DNA of 64,000 nt from positions 17,444 through 81,443 of the forward strand of contig JBFJCP010000022.1 in NCBI GenBank assembly GCA_041615815.1, written 5' to 3'. Position numbers and translations under genes: made by a program. The DNA comes from Gemmatimonadales bacterium (lineage in GTDB: Bacteria > Gemmatimonadota > Gemmatimonadetes > Gemmatimonadales > GWC2-71-9). Positions 29,641-38,371 of this stretch are shown piece after piece. The first letter of the stretch is position 1, and each line of letters starts with the position of its first letter. Below the pieces are notes generated by a model. That model made no database searches, had not been told where the DNA came from, and saw only the letters and a program-made list of their open reading frames with translations.

Positions 29641-31260
29641 GTGGGCTTACTAGCCAGTTTCGACTGGGTCGTGATCGGCCTGTATTTCGTGCTTGTCTTC
29701 GGCGTCGCCATCTGGGCAACCATGCGGGAGCGCGCGGACCGCGGGACATCCCAGGACTACTTTCTCGCGGGCCGTCATGCGGGTTGGTTCATCGTCGGCG
29801 GCTCACTATTCGCCTCCAACATCGGATCCGAGCACCTCGTGGGCCTGGCGGGAACGGGGGCGGCAAGCGGCGTGGCCGTGGGACAGTTCGAGGTCCTCGC
29901 TTCGCTGATCCTGTTGATTCTCGGTTGGGTGTTCGTGCCGTTCTACCTGTCGAGTGGCGTCTTCACCATGCCCGAGTTCCTCGAACGACGTTACTCGGCG
30001 GGTGCCCGGTGGTACCTGGCGGTCATCTCCATCATCGGCTACGTGCTGACCAAGATCTCGGTCACGATCGCTGCCGGCGGCATCGTCTTCGAGGCGATCA
30101 TGGGGATCGACTTTTGGACCGGTGCGCTCGTGGTCGTGGTGGTGACGGGAGTGTACACCATCTTCGGCGGACTGCGCGCCGTGTTGTATACGGACTTGCT
30201 GCAAATGTTCGTGTTGATCGGTGGCGCGGTGGCGGTCACACTCCTGGGGCTCAGCGCCTTGGGTGGCTGGGGCGCCATGACGGACACCGTGGGTCCCGGA
30301 TTCCTCACGCTGTGGAAGCCAATGTCGGACCCGGACTTTCCGTGGACCGGCATTCTCTTTGGAGCGCCGATCCTCGGCGTGTGGTACTGGTGCACGGACC
30401 AGTTCATCGTGCAACGCGTGCTGGCGGCCACCAACCCGGATCATGCTCGTCGCGGAACAGTATTCGCCAGCTACCTGAAGCTGCTGCCGCTCTTCATTTT
30501 CGTGATCCCGGGCGTGATCGCCTTCGCACTCTCGCAGCAGGGTCGGCTACAGCTCGACGCGCCAGACCAGGCGTTGCCCACGCTCATCGCCGTGCTGCTG
30601 CCGATCGGGTTGCGCGGCCTCGTGGTGGCCGGATTGCTGGCGGCGCTCATGAGCTCGCTGTCTTCCGTGTTCAATTCCACTTCCACGTTGGTCACCCTGG
30701 ACGTCTACAAGAAGCTTCATCCCGAAGCACCGGAACGACGGCTGGTGCTGGTGGGCCAGGTCACCACCGCGGTGCTCGTGGTGTTCGGCCTACTGTGGAT
30801 CCCATTCATGAAGCTGATCTCCGGGCAGCTCTACCAGTATCTGCAGAGCGTGCAGGCGTACATCTCGCCCCCGATCGCGGCAGTATTCTTGATTGGCGTC
30901 CTGTGGCAGCGCGTCAACGCAAACGGCGCCATCGCGGCCCTCATTACGGGATTCGTGCTGGGTATGGGGCGACTGGTGGTGGAAATCAGCCAACCACTCC
31001 AAAAAGGGTTCCTGGAGACCTACGCGGACATCAACTTCCTGCACTTCGCCGTGATCCTTTTCGTGATCTGCACGGCGGTCCTGGTGATCGTGAGTCTGCT
31101 GACGCCAACGCCGCCCGCACCGAAGGTGGCCGGCCTGACATTCGCCACGCAAGAACCGACAACCGCCGCAGAATCCGATCCTCGCTGGCGCCGAAGGGAT
31201 CTCGTGCTGAGCGTACTAGTGGTGATGTGCGTGGGGTTGGTGTGGATCTACTTTTCGTGA
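29641..31260 (+). CDS. Sodium:solute symporter (SGLT-like sugar transporter) 1
   Basis: DYFLAGR, SLFASNIGSEHLVGLAGTGA, TMPEFLERRY, GGLRAVLYTD, WYWCTDQFIVQR, LAALMSSLSS. Confidence 0.95.
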   Translation: MGLLASFDWVVIGLYFVLVFGVAIWATMRERADRGTSQDYFLAGRHAGWFIVGGSLFASNIGSEHLVGLAGTGAASGVAVGQFEVLASLILLILGWVFVPFYLSSGVFTMPEFLERRYSAGARWYLAVISIIGYVLTKISVTIAAGGIVFEAIMGIDFWTGALVVVVVTGVYTIFGGLRAVLYTDLLQMFVLIGGAVAVTLLGLSALGGWGAMTDTVGPGFLTLWKPMSDPDFPWTGILFGAPILGVWYWCTDQFIVQRVLAATNPDHARRGTVFASYLKLLPLFIFVIPGVIAFALSQQGRLQLDAPDQALPTLIAVLLPIGLRGLVVAGLLAALMSSLSSVFNSTSTLVTLDVYKKLHPEAPERRLVLVGQVTTAVLVVFGLLWIPFMKLISGQLYQYLQSVQAYISPPIAAVFLIGVLWQRVNANGAIAALITGFVLGMGRLVVEISQPLQKGFLETYADINFLHFAVILFVICTAVLVIVSLLTPTPPAPKVAGLTFATQEPTTAAESDPRWRRRDLVLSVLVVMCVGLVWIYFS

Positions 31261-31320
31261 GGAACCGGTTCTGGGGCCAACCTGCGGAAGGAATCGCGGG
31301 ATCAAGAGGAGGGAGCCACC

Positions 31321-32199
31321 ACGACGCGGCGACGTGATTTTCTGAAGGTGCTCGGTGTTAGCGCAGCCGCTGGTGCTGCTATGGGCACGCGAGCCCGCGC
31401 GCTTGCGGCGTCCAGCGCCGACGGGGCGGTTCCACCCGGCCGCCTGCGCCAGTCCGTATGCCGCTGGCCGTTCTCGTCCATTGCGCTTCCCGACTTCTGC
31501 CGCGCCGTGGCCGACCTCGGTCTCGGCGCGATCGACCTGCTCGCGCCCGAGGAGTGGACGGTAGCCGCCGATTATGGCCTGACCTGCTCGATGGGATATC
31601 CCGCGGTGCGGCGCGACTTCATCACGCGCGGGCTGAACGATCCCGCGAACCACCCGTTGCTCCTGCGCGAGCTCGAACGCGCGCTCCCGCTCGCCGCGCG
31701 TCACGGGGTGCCCAACGTGATCGGCATGTTCGGTAACCGGGACGGTCGGAGTGATGTGGAGGGGATCGACGCCTGCGTCGCTGCGCTCTCCACGATCGCG
31801 CCTCTGGCCGAGCAGGAGGGCGTGACTATCTGCATCGAGCTGCTCAACAGCCGCGTCGACCACGCCGACTACCAGGGAGACCGCACCGCGTTTGGCGTGC
31901 AGGTCATGGAGGCTGTGGGCTCTCCCCGTGTGAAGCTACTCTACGACATCTACCACATGCAGATCATGGAGGGCGACGTGATCCGCACGATTCGCACGCA
32001 CCGGGCGCATATCGCTCACTTCCACACCGCCGGCGTGCCCGGACGCCACGAGCTGGACGACACACAGGAGCTGCACTACGTGGGTATAGCCCGCGCGATC
32101 GCAGACCTAGAATTCGACGGCTGGTTTGCCCATGAGTTCATTCCCACACGCGATCCCATCGCGAGCCTGCGCGCCGCGATCGAGCTCTGTACGGTGTAG
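31321..32199 (+). CDS. Tat-exported hydroxypyruvate isomerase (Hyi)-like TIM-barrel protein; probable non-canonical start
   Basis: LRQSVCRW, ELLNSRVDHADY, LLYDIYHMQIMEGDVI, HFHTAGVPGRHE, AHEFIP. The twin-Arg TRRRDFLK is encoded at 31324-31347, upstream of the ORF-track GTG (31348). GGAGG at 31308-31312 lies 8 nt before ACG 31321. Confidence 0.85.
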   Translation, partial: TTRRRDFLKVLGVSAAAGAAMGTRARALAASSADGAVPPGRLRQSVCRWPFSSIALPDFCRAVADLGLGAIDLLAPEEWTVAADYGLTCSMGYPAVRRDFITRGLNDPANHPLLLRELERALPLAARHGVPNVIGMFGNRDGRSDVEGIDACVAALSTIAPLAEQEGVTICIELLNSRVDHADYQGDRTAFGVQVMEAVGSPRVKLLYDIYHMQIMEGDVIRTIRTHRAHIAHFHTAGVPGRHELDDTQELHYVGIARAIADLEFDGWFAHEFIPTRDPIASLRAAIELCTV

Positions 32200-32304
32200 G
32201 CGGGACGGGTGCCGAATGCTATGGGGACTTCACGTTCGCCCCAGCTCGATTCGCTACGCAAACCCGACACCCTACGCCCGATCACCGATACGGACCGTCT
32301 CCCA

Positions 32305-33945
32305 CTATCGTTCCGCACGGACAACGTCAAAGACATGGCTTTCGAGCGGGCCGAGTTCTGGGAGTGGGACGTAGCTGCTGATCCGCCCGTTCCGTCCGAC
32401 CCTGAGCGGCGCCGCCCCCGAATTGCCGAGCAGACTCTGCACCTCATAACGGCCTGGCGGTAGCACGCGCCCCTCCGAAATCACGGTCACGCCTGCGAGC
32501 GTCGCCGTGCCGAGGTTGACAATCACCAGGGCGGTCTTGTCCCCATCTTGCCGCAGGTACGCCGCTATCGCGTCCCTACTCGCGGTGAGTGGTAGCAGGT
32601 CACCGGTGGCACCCAGCCCGGGATGCTGGGCACGGAGGTGAATCAGGTCGCGATGCGTGGTGAGCAGCGAGTTGGGGTCCGCGTCCTGCACTTCCACGTT
32701 GGCGGTGAGCGAATCCGGCTGAAGCGGCTCCCACGCCATGCCATCGGTGAAGCCGGCCCCCGGCCCTCGACGCCACTGCATGGGCGTCCGCAGGCGTGGG
32801 TCCGGCTTGTCGCCACCCATCCCGATCTCCTCCCCGTAGTACACGAACGGCAAACCGGGCAGGGTGAGCAGAATCGTGGCGGCCAGCTTGGCGCGGGCCA
32901 CGTCCCCCCCGAGCTCCGTGATGGTACGAGTCTGGTCGTGGTTGCGGAGAAAGGGCGACCAGCGATCGCCGGGCAACTCACTCTGGAGCCTCAGGACCGG
33001 CTGGAGGAGCTTCTTTGCCGAGCCGTTCCGCACCGCCTCGAGAATGGCGTCGGAGACTTCGAAGGCGAAGTGCGCGTCGAGTTGGTCCGGGTAGTAGGCC
33101 AGCATGGCACCCGTCGAGTCCCACACCTCGCCAATCGTGAACGCATCCGGCTCGATGGTTCGGATGGAGGAGGCGAACTCACGGAGAAACAGGTGGCTCC
33201 CCGGAGTGTGCTTGAGCCGTCCGTTCTCTTCGAGTAGGTAGGGGATCGCGTCGAGGCGGAATCCGTCGACCCCGATCTCTTCGAGCCAGAACCGCGCAAC
33301 CTTCTCTGCCTCTTCGCGGACTGCGGCCGTCTCGTAGTTCAGGTCCGGCATCCCGCCCCAGAATACTCCGTAGTAGTACTCCTCGCGAACGGGGGAGCGG
33401 TGCCACACCTGTTGGCCCCAGGGCCCTTGTATACCGGGATCGGTGGCGGACCACACGAACCAATCGCGGTAAGGCGAGTCCGGGTTGAGCAACGCGTCCT
33501 TGAAGAACGGGTGCTCACTGGAGGCGTGGTTCAATACGAGATCCACCAATACGCGAATGCCCCGCGCGTGCGCCTCGGTGACGAGACGTTGGAGATCGTC
33601 GTTCGTGCCATAGTCGCGCTCGACACGGTAGTAATCGGTCACGTCATACCCGTGATAGCTCGGCGATTGGGCCACGGGCATGAGCCAGACGCAGCGTGCG
33701 CCCAGGTCGTGGCGCGAGTTTGGGTCACCGTCGTTGATGTAGTCGAGCTTCTCGATGAGCCCGTTCAGGTCACCAACGCCATCGCCATCGCTGTCGTAGA
33801 ATGAGCGGACGAAGATCTCGTAGCAGACGGCGCTGCGCTTCCAGTCAGACGCGCCCGGGGCATCGGTATCCTGGGCGTTGGTCGGGGTGGGGAACGCGAA
33901 GAGAGCGACGCAGAGCGCAGCAACGGGATTGCGGGGCATCGGCAT
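32305..33945 (-). CDS. Secreted GH13 alpha-amylase-family glycosidase
   Basis: Signal peptide, YEIFVRSFYDSDGDGVGD, YHGYDVTDY, DLVLNH, DGFRLDA, IGEVW, FLRNHD, YYGEEIGM. Confidence 0.93.
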   Translation of the reverse strand: MPMPRNPVAALCVALFAFPTPTNAQDTDAPGASDWKRSAVCYEIFVRSFYDSDGDGVGDLNGLIEKLDYINDGDPNSRHDLGARCVWLMPVAQSPSYHGYDVTDYYRVERDYGTNDDLQRLVTEAHARGIRVLVDLVLNHASSEHPFFKDALLNPDSPYRDWFVWSATDPGIQGPWGQQVWHRSPVREEYYYGVFWGGMPDLNYETAAVREEAEKVARFWLEEIGVDGFRLDAIPYLLEENGRLKHTPGSHLFLREFASSIRTIEPDAFTIGEVWDSTGAMLAYYPDQLDAHFAFEVSDAILEAVRNGSAKKLLQPVLRLQSELPGDRWSPFLRNHDQTRTITELGGDVARAKLAATILLTLPGLPFVYYGEEIGMGGDKPDPRLRTPMQWRRGPGAGFTDGMAWEPLQPDSLTANVEVQDADPNSLLTTHRDLIHLRAQHPGLGATGDLLPLTASRDAIAAYLRQDGDKTALVIVNLGTATLAGVTVISEGRVLPPGRYEVQSLLGNSGAAPLRVGRNGRISSYVPLPELGPLESHVFDVVRAER

Positions 33946-34179
33946 GCTACGTTGGTCTCCGATCGATCATGGGTTCTGGCTGAGCGGGAAAACGTAGTCT
34001 TGCTTCGGCGCCCAGACAAGAATGCTTCTCTGTGACCTCTCTGTCCTCTTTGGTGCCCACTGTGGCCACCCCACGTCCCGCCGATGGCAAACGCGAACTT
34101 GTCATCCTCCGTGTCGCGGAGCTGGTTCACGTCGCGTACATTAACCGCCTCGACCACAATTTTCCCTGACCAGGCTGGG

Positions 34180-36675
34180 ATGGTATCACCGATGCAGATG
34201 CTCGCATCTCTCATAGTCATGCAGTCCCTGTTCCAAGCGCTGCAGATGCCGGTCCTGGAGTTTCCGGAGGCCGGGCTGGACGATCCGGCGGCGTACGAGG
34301 GGTATTCGACGCGGTTCTTCCGAGATTCTCGTGGCAACACGCTGCAGATCTATCGCAATGACCGGGACGGTCGTGTCGTCCACGTGTGGGCGGACGCCGC
34401 GAACCAGAGCGCCGCGTTCACCGTTCGCGACGTCGCAGGTCGTCCGGCCGCTGCAGGCTGGGGCGGACCGGGGGCCGCGACTGAGTCGTACGGGCGCTTC
34501 CGCGTGCTACGGCACCGCCTCGCCTGGGAGAGCAGCGGCCTCGAGATCGGATGGTTCCTGCTCGGAACCATGCGTCAGGAGCGGGATTTCCAGTATCTGG
34601 AGTGGCACCGGAAGCCCTACGCCGATTCACCCTTCATGCTAAGCGAGCTGACCGGCCTGATGAACAGCCTGGATCGGCTTCCAGCCGGGGAGCGCGCGCG
34701 CCACATCTCACTCTTGGGTGCCCGAGATCTCGAGGAGCTTCGGACCCGGTTGCAGCCCCATGTCACGCTGACCCAGGATGAGGCGGAATGGACGGTCTTG
34801 GTCGAACATACGAGCCTGGATGGACGGAACCACTTGACGCTCGAGCTGCGAGGAGATCCGATGGCCTCCGCCGCTTCGTTGTCAGGTGACCGGGTTTCCG
34901 TACGGGCGCGCTCCGGCCAACGAATCGAGCTCGACGTGACCGTGACCACGGATGCCGACGCGCTAACTCCGCTCGGCCGCGAGCGGCTGTTCAACGACGC
35001 TTTCAACGATTACTACGCACGCCAGCGGAGCAGAGCCGAGAGCCTCATGACGACCCAGACCGTGGAAGAGGTCGAAGGGGACTCCTGGCTCAACGCGTTT
35101 CGGCGCTTCGAGCGCCAAGTGCGCGGTCTCGAGCTCCTGAGCTCGGAGGAGAAGCTGATCGCGTCCATGCCGAACTACGCGACGTACTTCGGGCGCGATC
35201 AGATGATGTCCGCGCTCATGCTCGAGCCCGTTTCGTCGGTGGATCTGCAGGAGCTCGTGATCGCAAGCGTGCTCCGAAAGCTCGCCCCATCGGGCAATGC
35301 GAGCCACGAGGAGGCCCTGGGGGGCCAAGCGATTCGCGAGAACGCCGCCGAGTACAGTGCGCTGATCCGGGCGTGGGACGAGGAGCGGGAAAGGAATGCG
35401 GACGCTGCCGCCGGTCACCTTGCGCGCGCGAGGCAGCTGCTGGGGGATCTGCAAGCCGTGCGGGAGAACTACCGCATGGTGGATGACGATTTCCAACTGC
35501 CCGTGCTCGTTGCGCGATACCTCTCTCGCCTGGACGTGCCGGCAGAGAGAAAACGACGCTTTCTGACCAACCCTGCGGGGCCCGGCCAGTCACGTCTCGA
35601 TGCACTCATGCGGAACCTTGCCTTCGTGGCCGAGCTGGCGCGGCCCTACGCCCAGCAGCCGGTGGCCACCAACCTGGTGAGCTTCTTTCACCGTGATGAC
35701 GAAGGGTGGCTTCCAGGCAGCTGGCGCGACAGTCGTGTGGGATACGGCAATGGTCGCTTTGCCATGGACGTGAACGTGGTGTGGGTCCCCCAGGGCCTGG
35801 AGGCGCTGGAGCGCATCCTGGAAGCGGTGAACGCGCTCGGCCTTTCCGTGGAGCCTGTGCTGGCGCGTATGCCGGACGCCTCCGCCCTGGAGACATATCT
35901 CCATGATCCGGCTGCGCGACGTGCGGCGATCGCCACGTGGCGCGGCGCCCGTGGGCACTTCGAAGTGCGGCTGGAGCCCGATGAGATCCGCCAGCGCGTG
36001 GACCGATTGCTGGAGCCCCTGCCGGCCGCGGAAACTGACTACTGGCGACACCGCCTCGACGAAGGTGGTGCCGCCCTACGGCCGCTCACGTTTCTGGCGC
36101 TTTCGTTGAACGACGCAGGCCAGCCAATCGCCGCCGCCAGTACCGACCCAGCCACCGAGCTTTTTCTGGAGGATTACACCGAAGAGATCCTAGCGGGCAC
36201 GGCGGATCCGGCGGCCGTGCTCGACATGCTCGACGCTATCGTGCGACCCTATCCCGTGGGGCTCTTCGTCGAGGGACTCGGTCCGGTCGTCGCAAACGAT
36301 GCGTACACGAGTGCGCTCGTGCAGCAGCAGTTCCGGGACGACCTCTATCATTCGCCCCGGGTGGTCTGGGGGCGCGAGGTGAACCTCCTGCTCCTGGGGC
36401 TGGCTCGGCAGATCGATGCCGCCTACGGCGCGACCGGTCGGCTGCGAGATCAGCGCGGGGTGGTTCGCTCGTACGTCCGTACGCTGCGCGAGGTGCTGGA
36501 GACGATGCAGGAAGCGGTCGAGGCCTCGGGCCTCAGCCACAACGAGCTCTGGAGTTACCGGATCCAGGGCGGTACGCTCCGTCCGGTGCGTTACGGTGTG
36601 AGCTCCGACATCCAGCTCTGGAACGTGACCGATCTCGCCGTTCGTTTCTTGTTGGACCGGTTGCCGCCACAGTGA
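34180..36675 (+). CDS. Uncharacterised protein with six-hairpin glycosidase / glycogen-debranching-like motifs
   Basis: YATYFGRDQMMSALM, SHEEALG, NYRMVDDDFQLP, GSWRDSRVGYGNGRFAMDVN, YHSPRVVWGRE, HNELWS, SSDIQLW; hydrophobic N-terminus. Start is among ATG 34180/34192/34198. Confidence 0.7.
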   Translation: MVSPMQMLASLIVMQSLFQALQMPVLEFPEAGLDDPAAYEGYSTRFFRDSRGNTLQIYRNDRDGRVVHVWADAANQSAAFTVRDVAGRPAAAGWGGPGAATESYGRFRVLRHRLAWESSGLEIGWFLLGTMRQERDFQYLEWHRKPYADSPFMLSELTGLMNSLDRLPAGERARHISLLGARDLEELRTRLQPHVTLTQDEAEWTVLVEHTSLDGRNHLTLELRGDPMASAASLSGDRVSVRARSGQRIELDVTVTTDADALTPLGRERLFNDAFNDYYARQRSRAESLMTTQTVEEVEGDSWLNAFRRFERQVRGLELLSSEEKLIASMPNYATYFGRDQMMSALMLEPVSSVDLQELVIASVLRKLAPSGNASHEEALGGQAIRENAAEYSALIRAWDEERERNADAAAGHLARARQLLGDLQAVRENYRMVDDDFQLPVLVARYLSRLDVPAERKRRFLTNPAGPGQSRLDALMRNLAFVAELARPYAQQPVATNLVSFFHRDDEGWLPGSWRDSRVGYGNGRFAMDVNVVWVPQGLEALERILEAVNALGLSVEPVLARMPDASALETYLHDPAARRAAIATWRGARGHFEVRLEPDEIRQRVDRLLEPLPAAETDYWRHRLDEGGAALRPLTFLALSLNDAGQPIAAASTDPATELFLEDYTEEILAGTADPAAVLDMLDAIVRPYPVGLFVEGLGPVVANDAYTSALVQQQFRDDLYHSPRVVWGREVNLLLLGLARQIDAAYGATGRLRDQRGVVRSYVRTLREVLETMQEAVEASGLSHNELWSYRIQGGTLRPVRYGVSSDIQLWNVTDLAVRFLLDRLPPQ

Positions 36676-37200
36676 ACGACGGCAGTTTGGCCTCGGGCCA
36701 CGTGGCCGTCGTGGAGCCTGTCTCGAGTCGGCAACGGTGTCCAGTGGGCGACCGGGGAGTTAGCACGCAGCGCCGCAAGAACAGAGTGGGCGCGCCAACG
36801 CCAAACAGCGGTTCCGTCAGGGGATGTGCGATCGCCCCCACGAGTGCACCCTCCTGGTCGAGGAGGTGGTAGATTCGCGTGGTGGACTGGTATCGAATCT
36901 TCATCCGTCCCTTCCTCTCGCCGTGGCAGGCGAGCTGTTTGTGGCCGAAATCGCGCTGTGGTCCGCCATTCATCAATACCTTTGGACCGGCCAGCGCGTC
37001 ACTGGGTGGGTTATGTTAAGTTGAGCACGACGGAACCCCGAGTGTTGCACAGGAGGCCCGCTCACCCCACCGGCGGATCCCGATCATGCCACCGCTGGCA
37101 CAGCAAACCGATCGCCAGTTTCAGGACACGCGAGTGCGCGCCGGTCAGCGACCCCAAACGAACGAGGAACGACGTCCCTCAAGGCAGAAAACCCGACATC

Positions 37201-38358
37201 GTGACTTATTCAGGCAAGTTCTCGCTTCTGACGTTCTTGTTCGTACTCGCGGCGATCGGGTGTGACGGCACCGAGGGTCCGATGACGTCCCTGCCCCCCA
37301 CGCCGTTCCCAATGACGGTGCCGGACGGGTTTACGGTGGAGATCTTCGCCGTCGGGCTCGATCTCCCGACCTCCATCGCCTTTCCCCCGGATGGTTCGGA
37401 CCGGCTCTTCGTGAACGAGCTGCAAACCGGCAGGGTGCGCATCGTCGAGAATGGCACTCTGCGCGACGAGCCCTTTGCGGAGGTGGCCACGAACACCACC
37501 GGTGGGTTTCCGGTCAGTGGGGAGAATGGGCTCTTGGGTATCGCCTTCGATCCCCAGTACCGCGTCAACCGGTACGTCTATGTCACCTACGCCACGCGCA
37601 CCGATTCGGGCACCTTCGGGACCGTTGCGAGGCTCACCGATGTGAACAATCGGGGCGAAGATTTCACGGTGTTGCTGGAAAGTGTCCCCAGCGCAGCCGG
37701 CCACCAGATCGAGAGCCTCACGTTCGGGCCGGACGGTCTGCTCTACGTGTCCGCCGGGGACGCCTTCATGGAGGGCGAAGTCCAGGACACGGACAACTTC
37801 CTTGGGAAGATCCTCCGAATGAATCCCGATGGCAGCCTTCCGGGCGACAATCCCTTTCCAGGGTCTTACACCTACGCCTACGGGTTCCGGAACTGTTTCG
37901 ACCTGGTGTTCAACAACTCGGGTGATCTGTTCTCCACCGACAACGGGCCGGACAGAGATGACGAGCTGAACGAAGTCGTCGCAGGAGGCAACTACGGTTG
38001 GCCGGTGGCGCTTGGCGAAACGTCTGCTCCCGAATTCATTGCACCACTCCACGTGTGGTCCCAGATCGTCGCTCCTGCGGGGATGTTGTTTTACCAGGGC
38101 ACGCAGTTTCCGGCGGCGTATCGGGGGAAGCTGTTTTTGGTCCTGTTCGGAGACACCTTTGCACAGGGGCCTAGCGATCGAGCCAAACGAGTGCAGGTAA
38201 TCGACCTGGATGCGCCGACCCTCTCGCTGGAGGATTTTGCGGTGTACGATTTCGCCGACATCGGTAATCCCCTCGATGTGACGGAAGGACCCGACGGGAG
38301 CCTCTTTCTGAGCGACATTTTCCAGGGGCGAATCTTCAAAATCAGTTACGAGGGGTAG
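37201..38358 (+). CDS. PQQ-dependent (glucose/sorbosone) sugar dehydrogenase-family lipoprotein
   Basis: Start moved to GTG 37201 (signal ending in AIGC); GENGLLGIAFDP, FGPDGLLYVSAGD, GKILRMNPDG, YAYGFRN, TDNGPD..DELN, GGNYGWP. Confidence 0.88.
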   Translation: MTYSGKFSLLTFLFVLAAIGCDGTEGPMTSLPPTPFPMTVPDGFTVEIFAVGLDLPTSIAFPPDGSDRLFVNELQTGRVRIVENGTLRDEPFAEVATNTTGGFPVSGENGLLGIAFDPQYRVNRYVYVTYATRTDSGTFGTVARLTDVNNRGEDFTVLLESVPSAAGHQIESLTFGPDGLLYVSAGDAFMEGEVQDTDNFLGKILRMNPDGSLPGDNPFPGSYTYAYGFRNCFDLVFNNSGDLFSTDNGPDRDDELNEVVAGGNYGWPVALGETSAPEFIAPLHVWSQIVAPAGMLFYQGTQFPAAYRGKLFLVLFGDTFAQGPSDRAKRVQVIDLDAPTLSLEDFAVYDFADIGNPLDVTEGPDGSLFLSDIFQGRIFKISYEG

Positions 38359-38371
38359 CGGACACTTCGCG

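Noticed and set aside
34026..34052. Short CTCTGT-type direct repeat (tctctgtgacctctctgtcctct) in the divergent GH13/glycosidase gap
   Set aside because: Only two degenerate units and no second copy found in the window; cannot be supported as a REP element.
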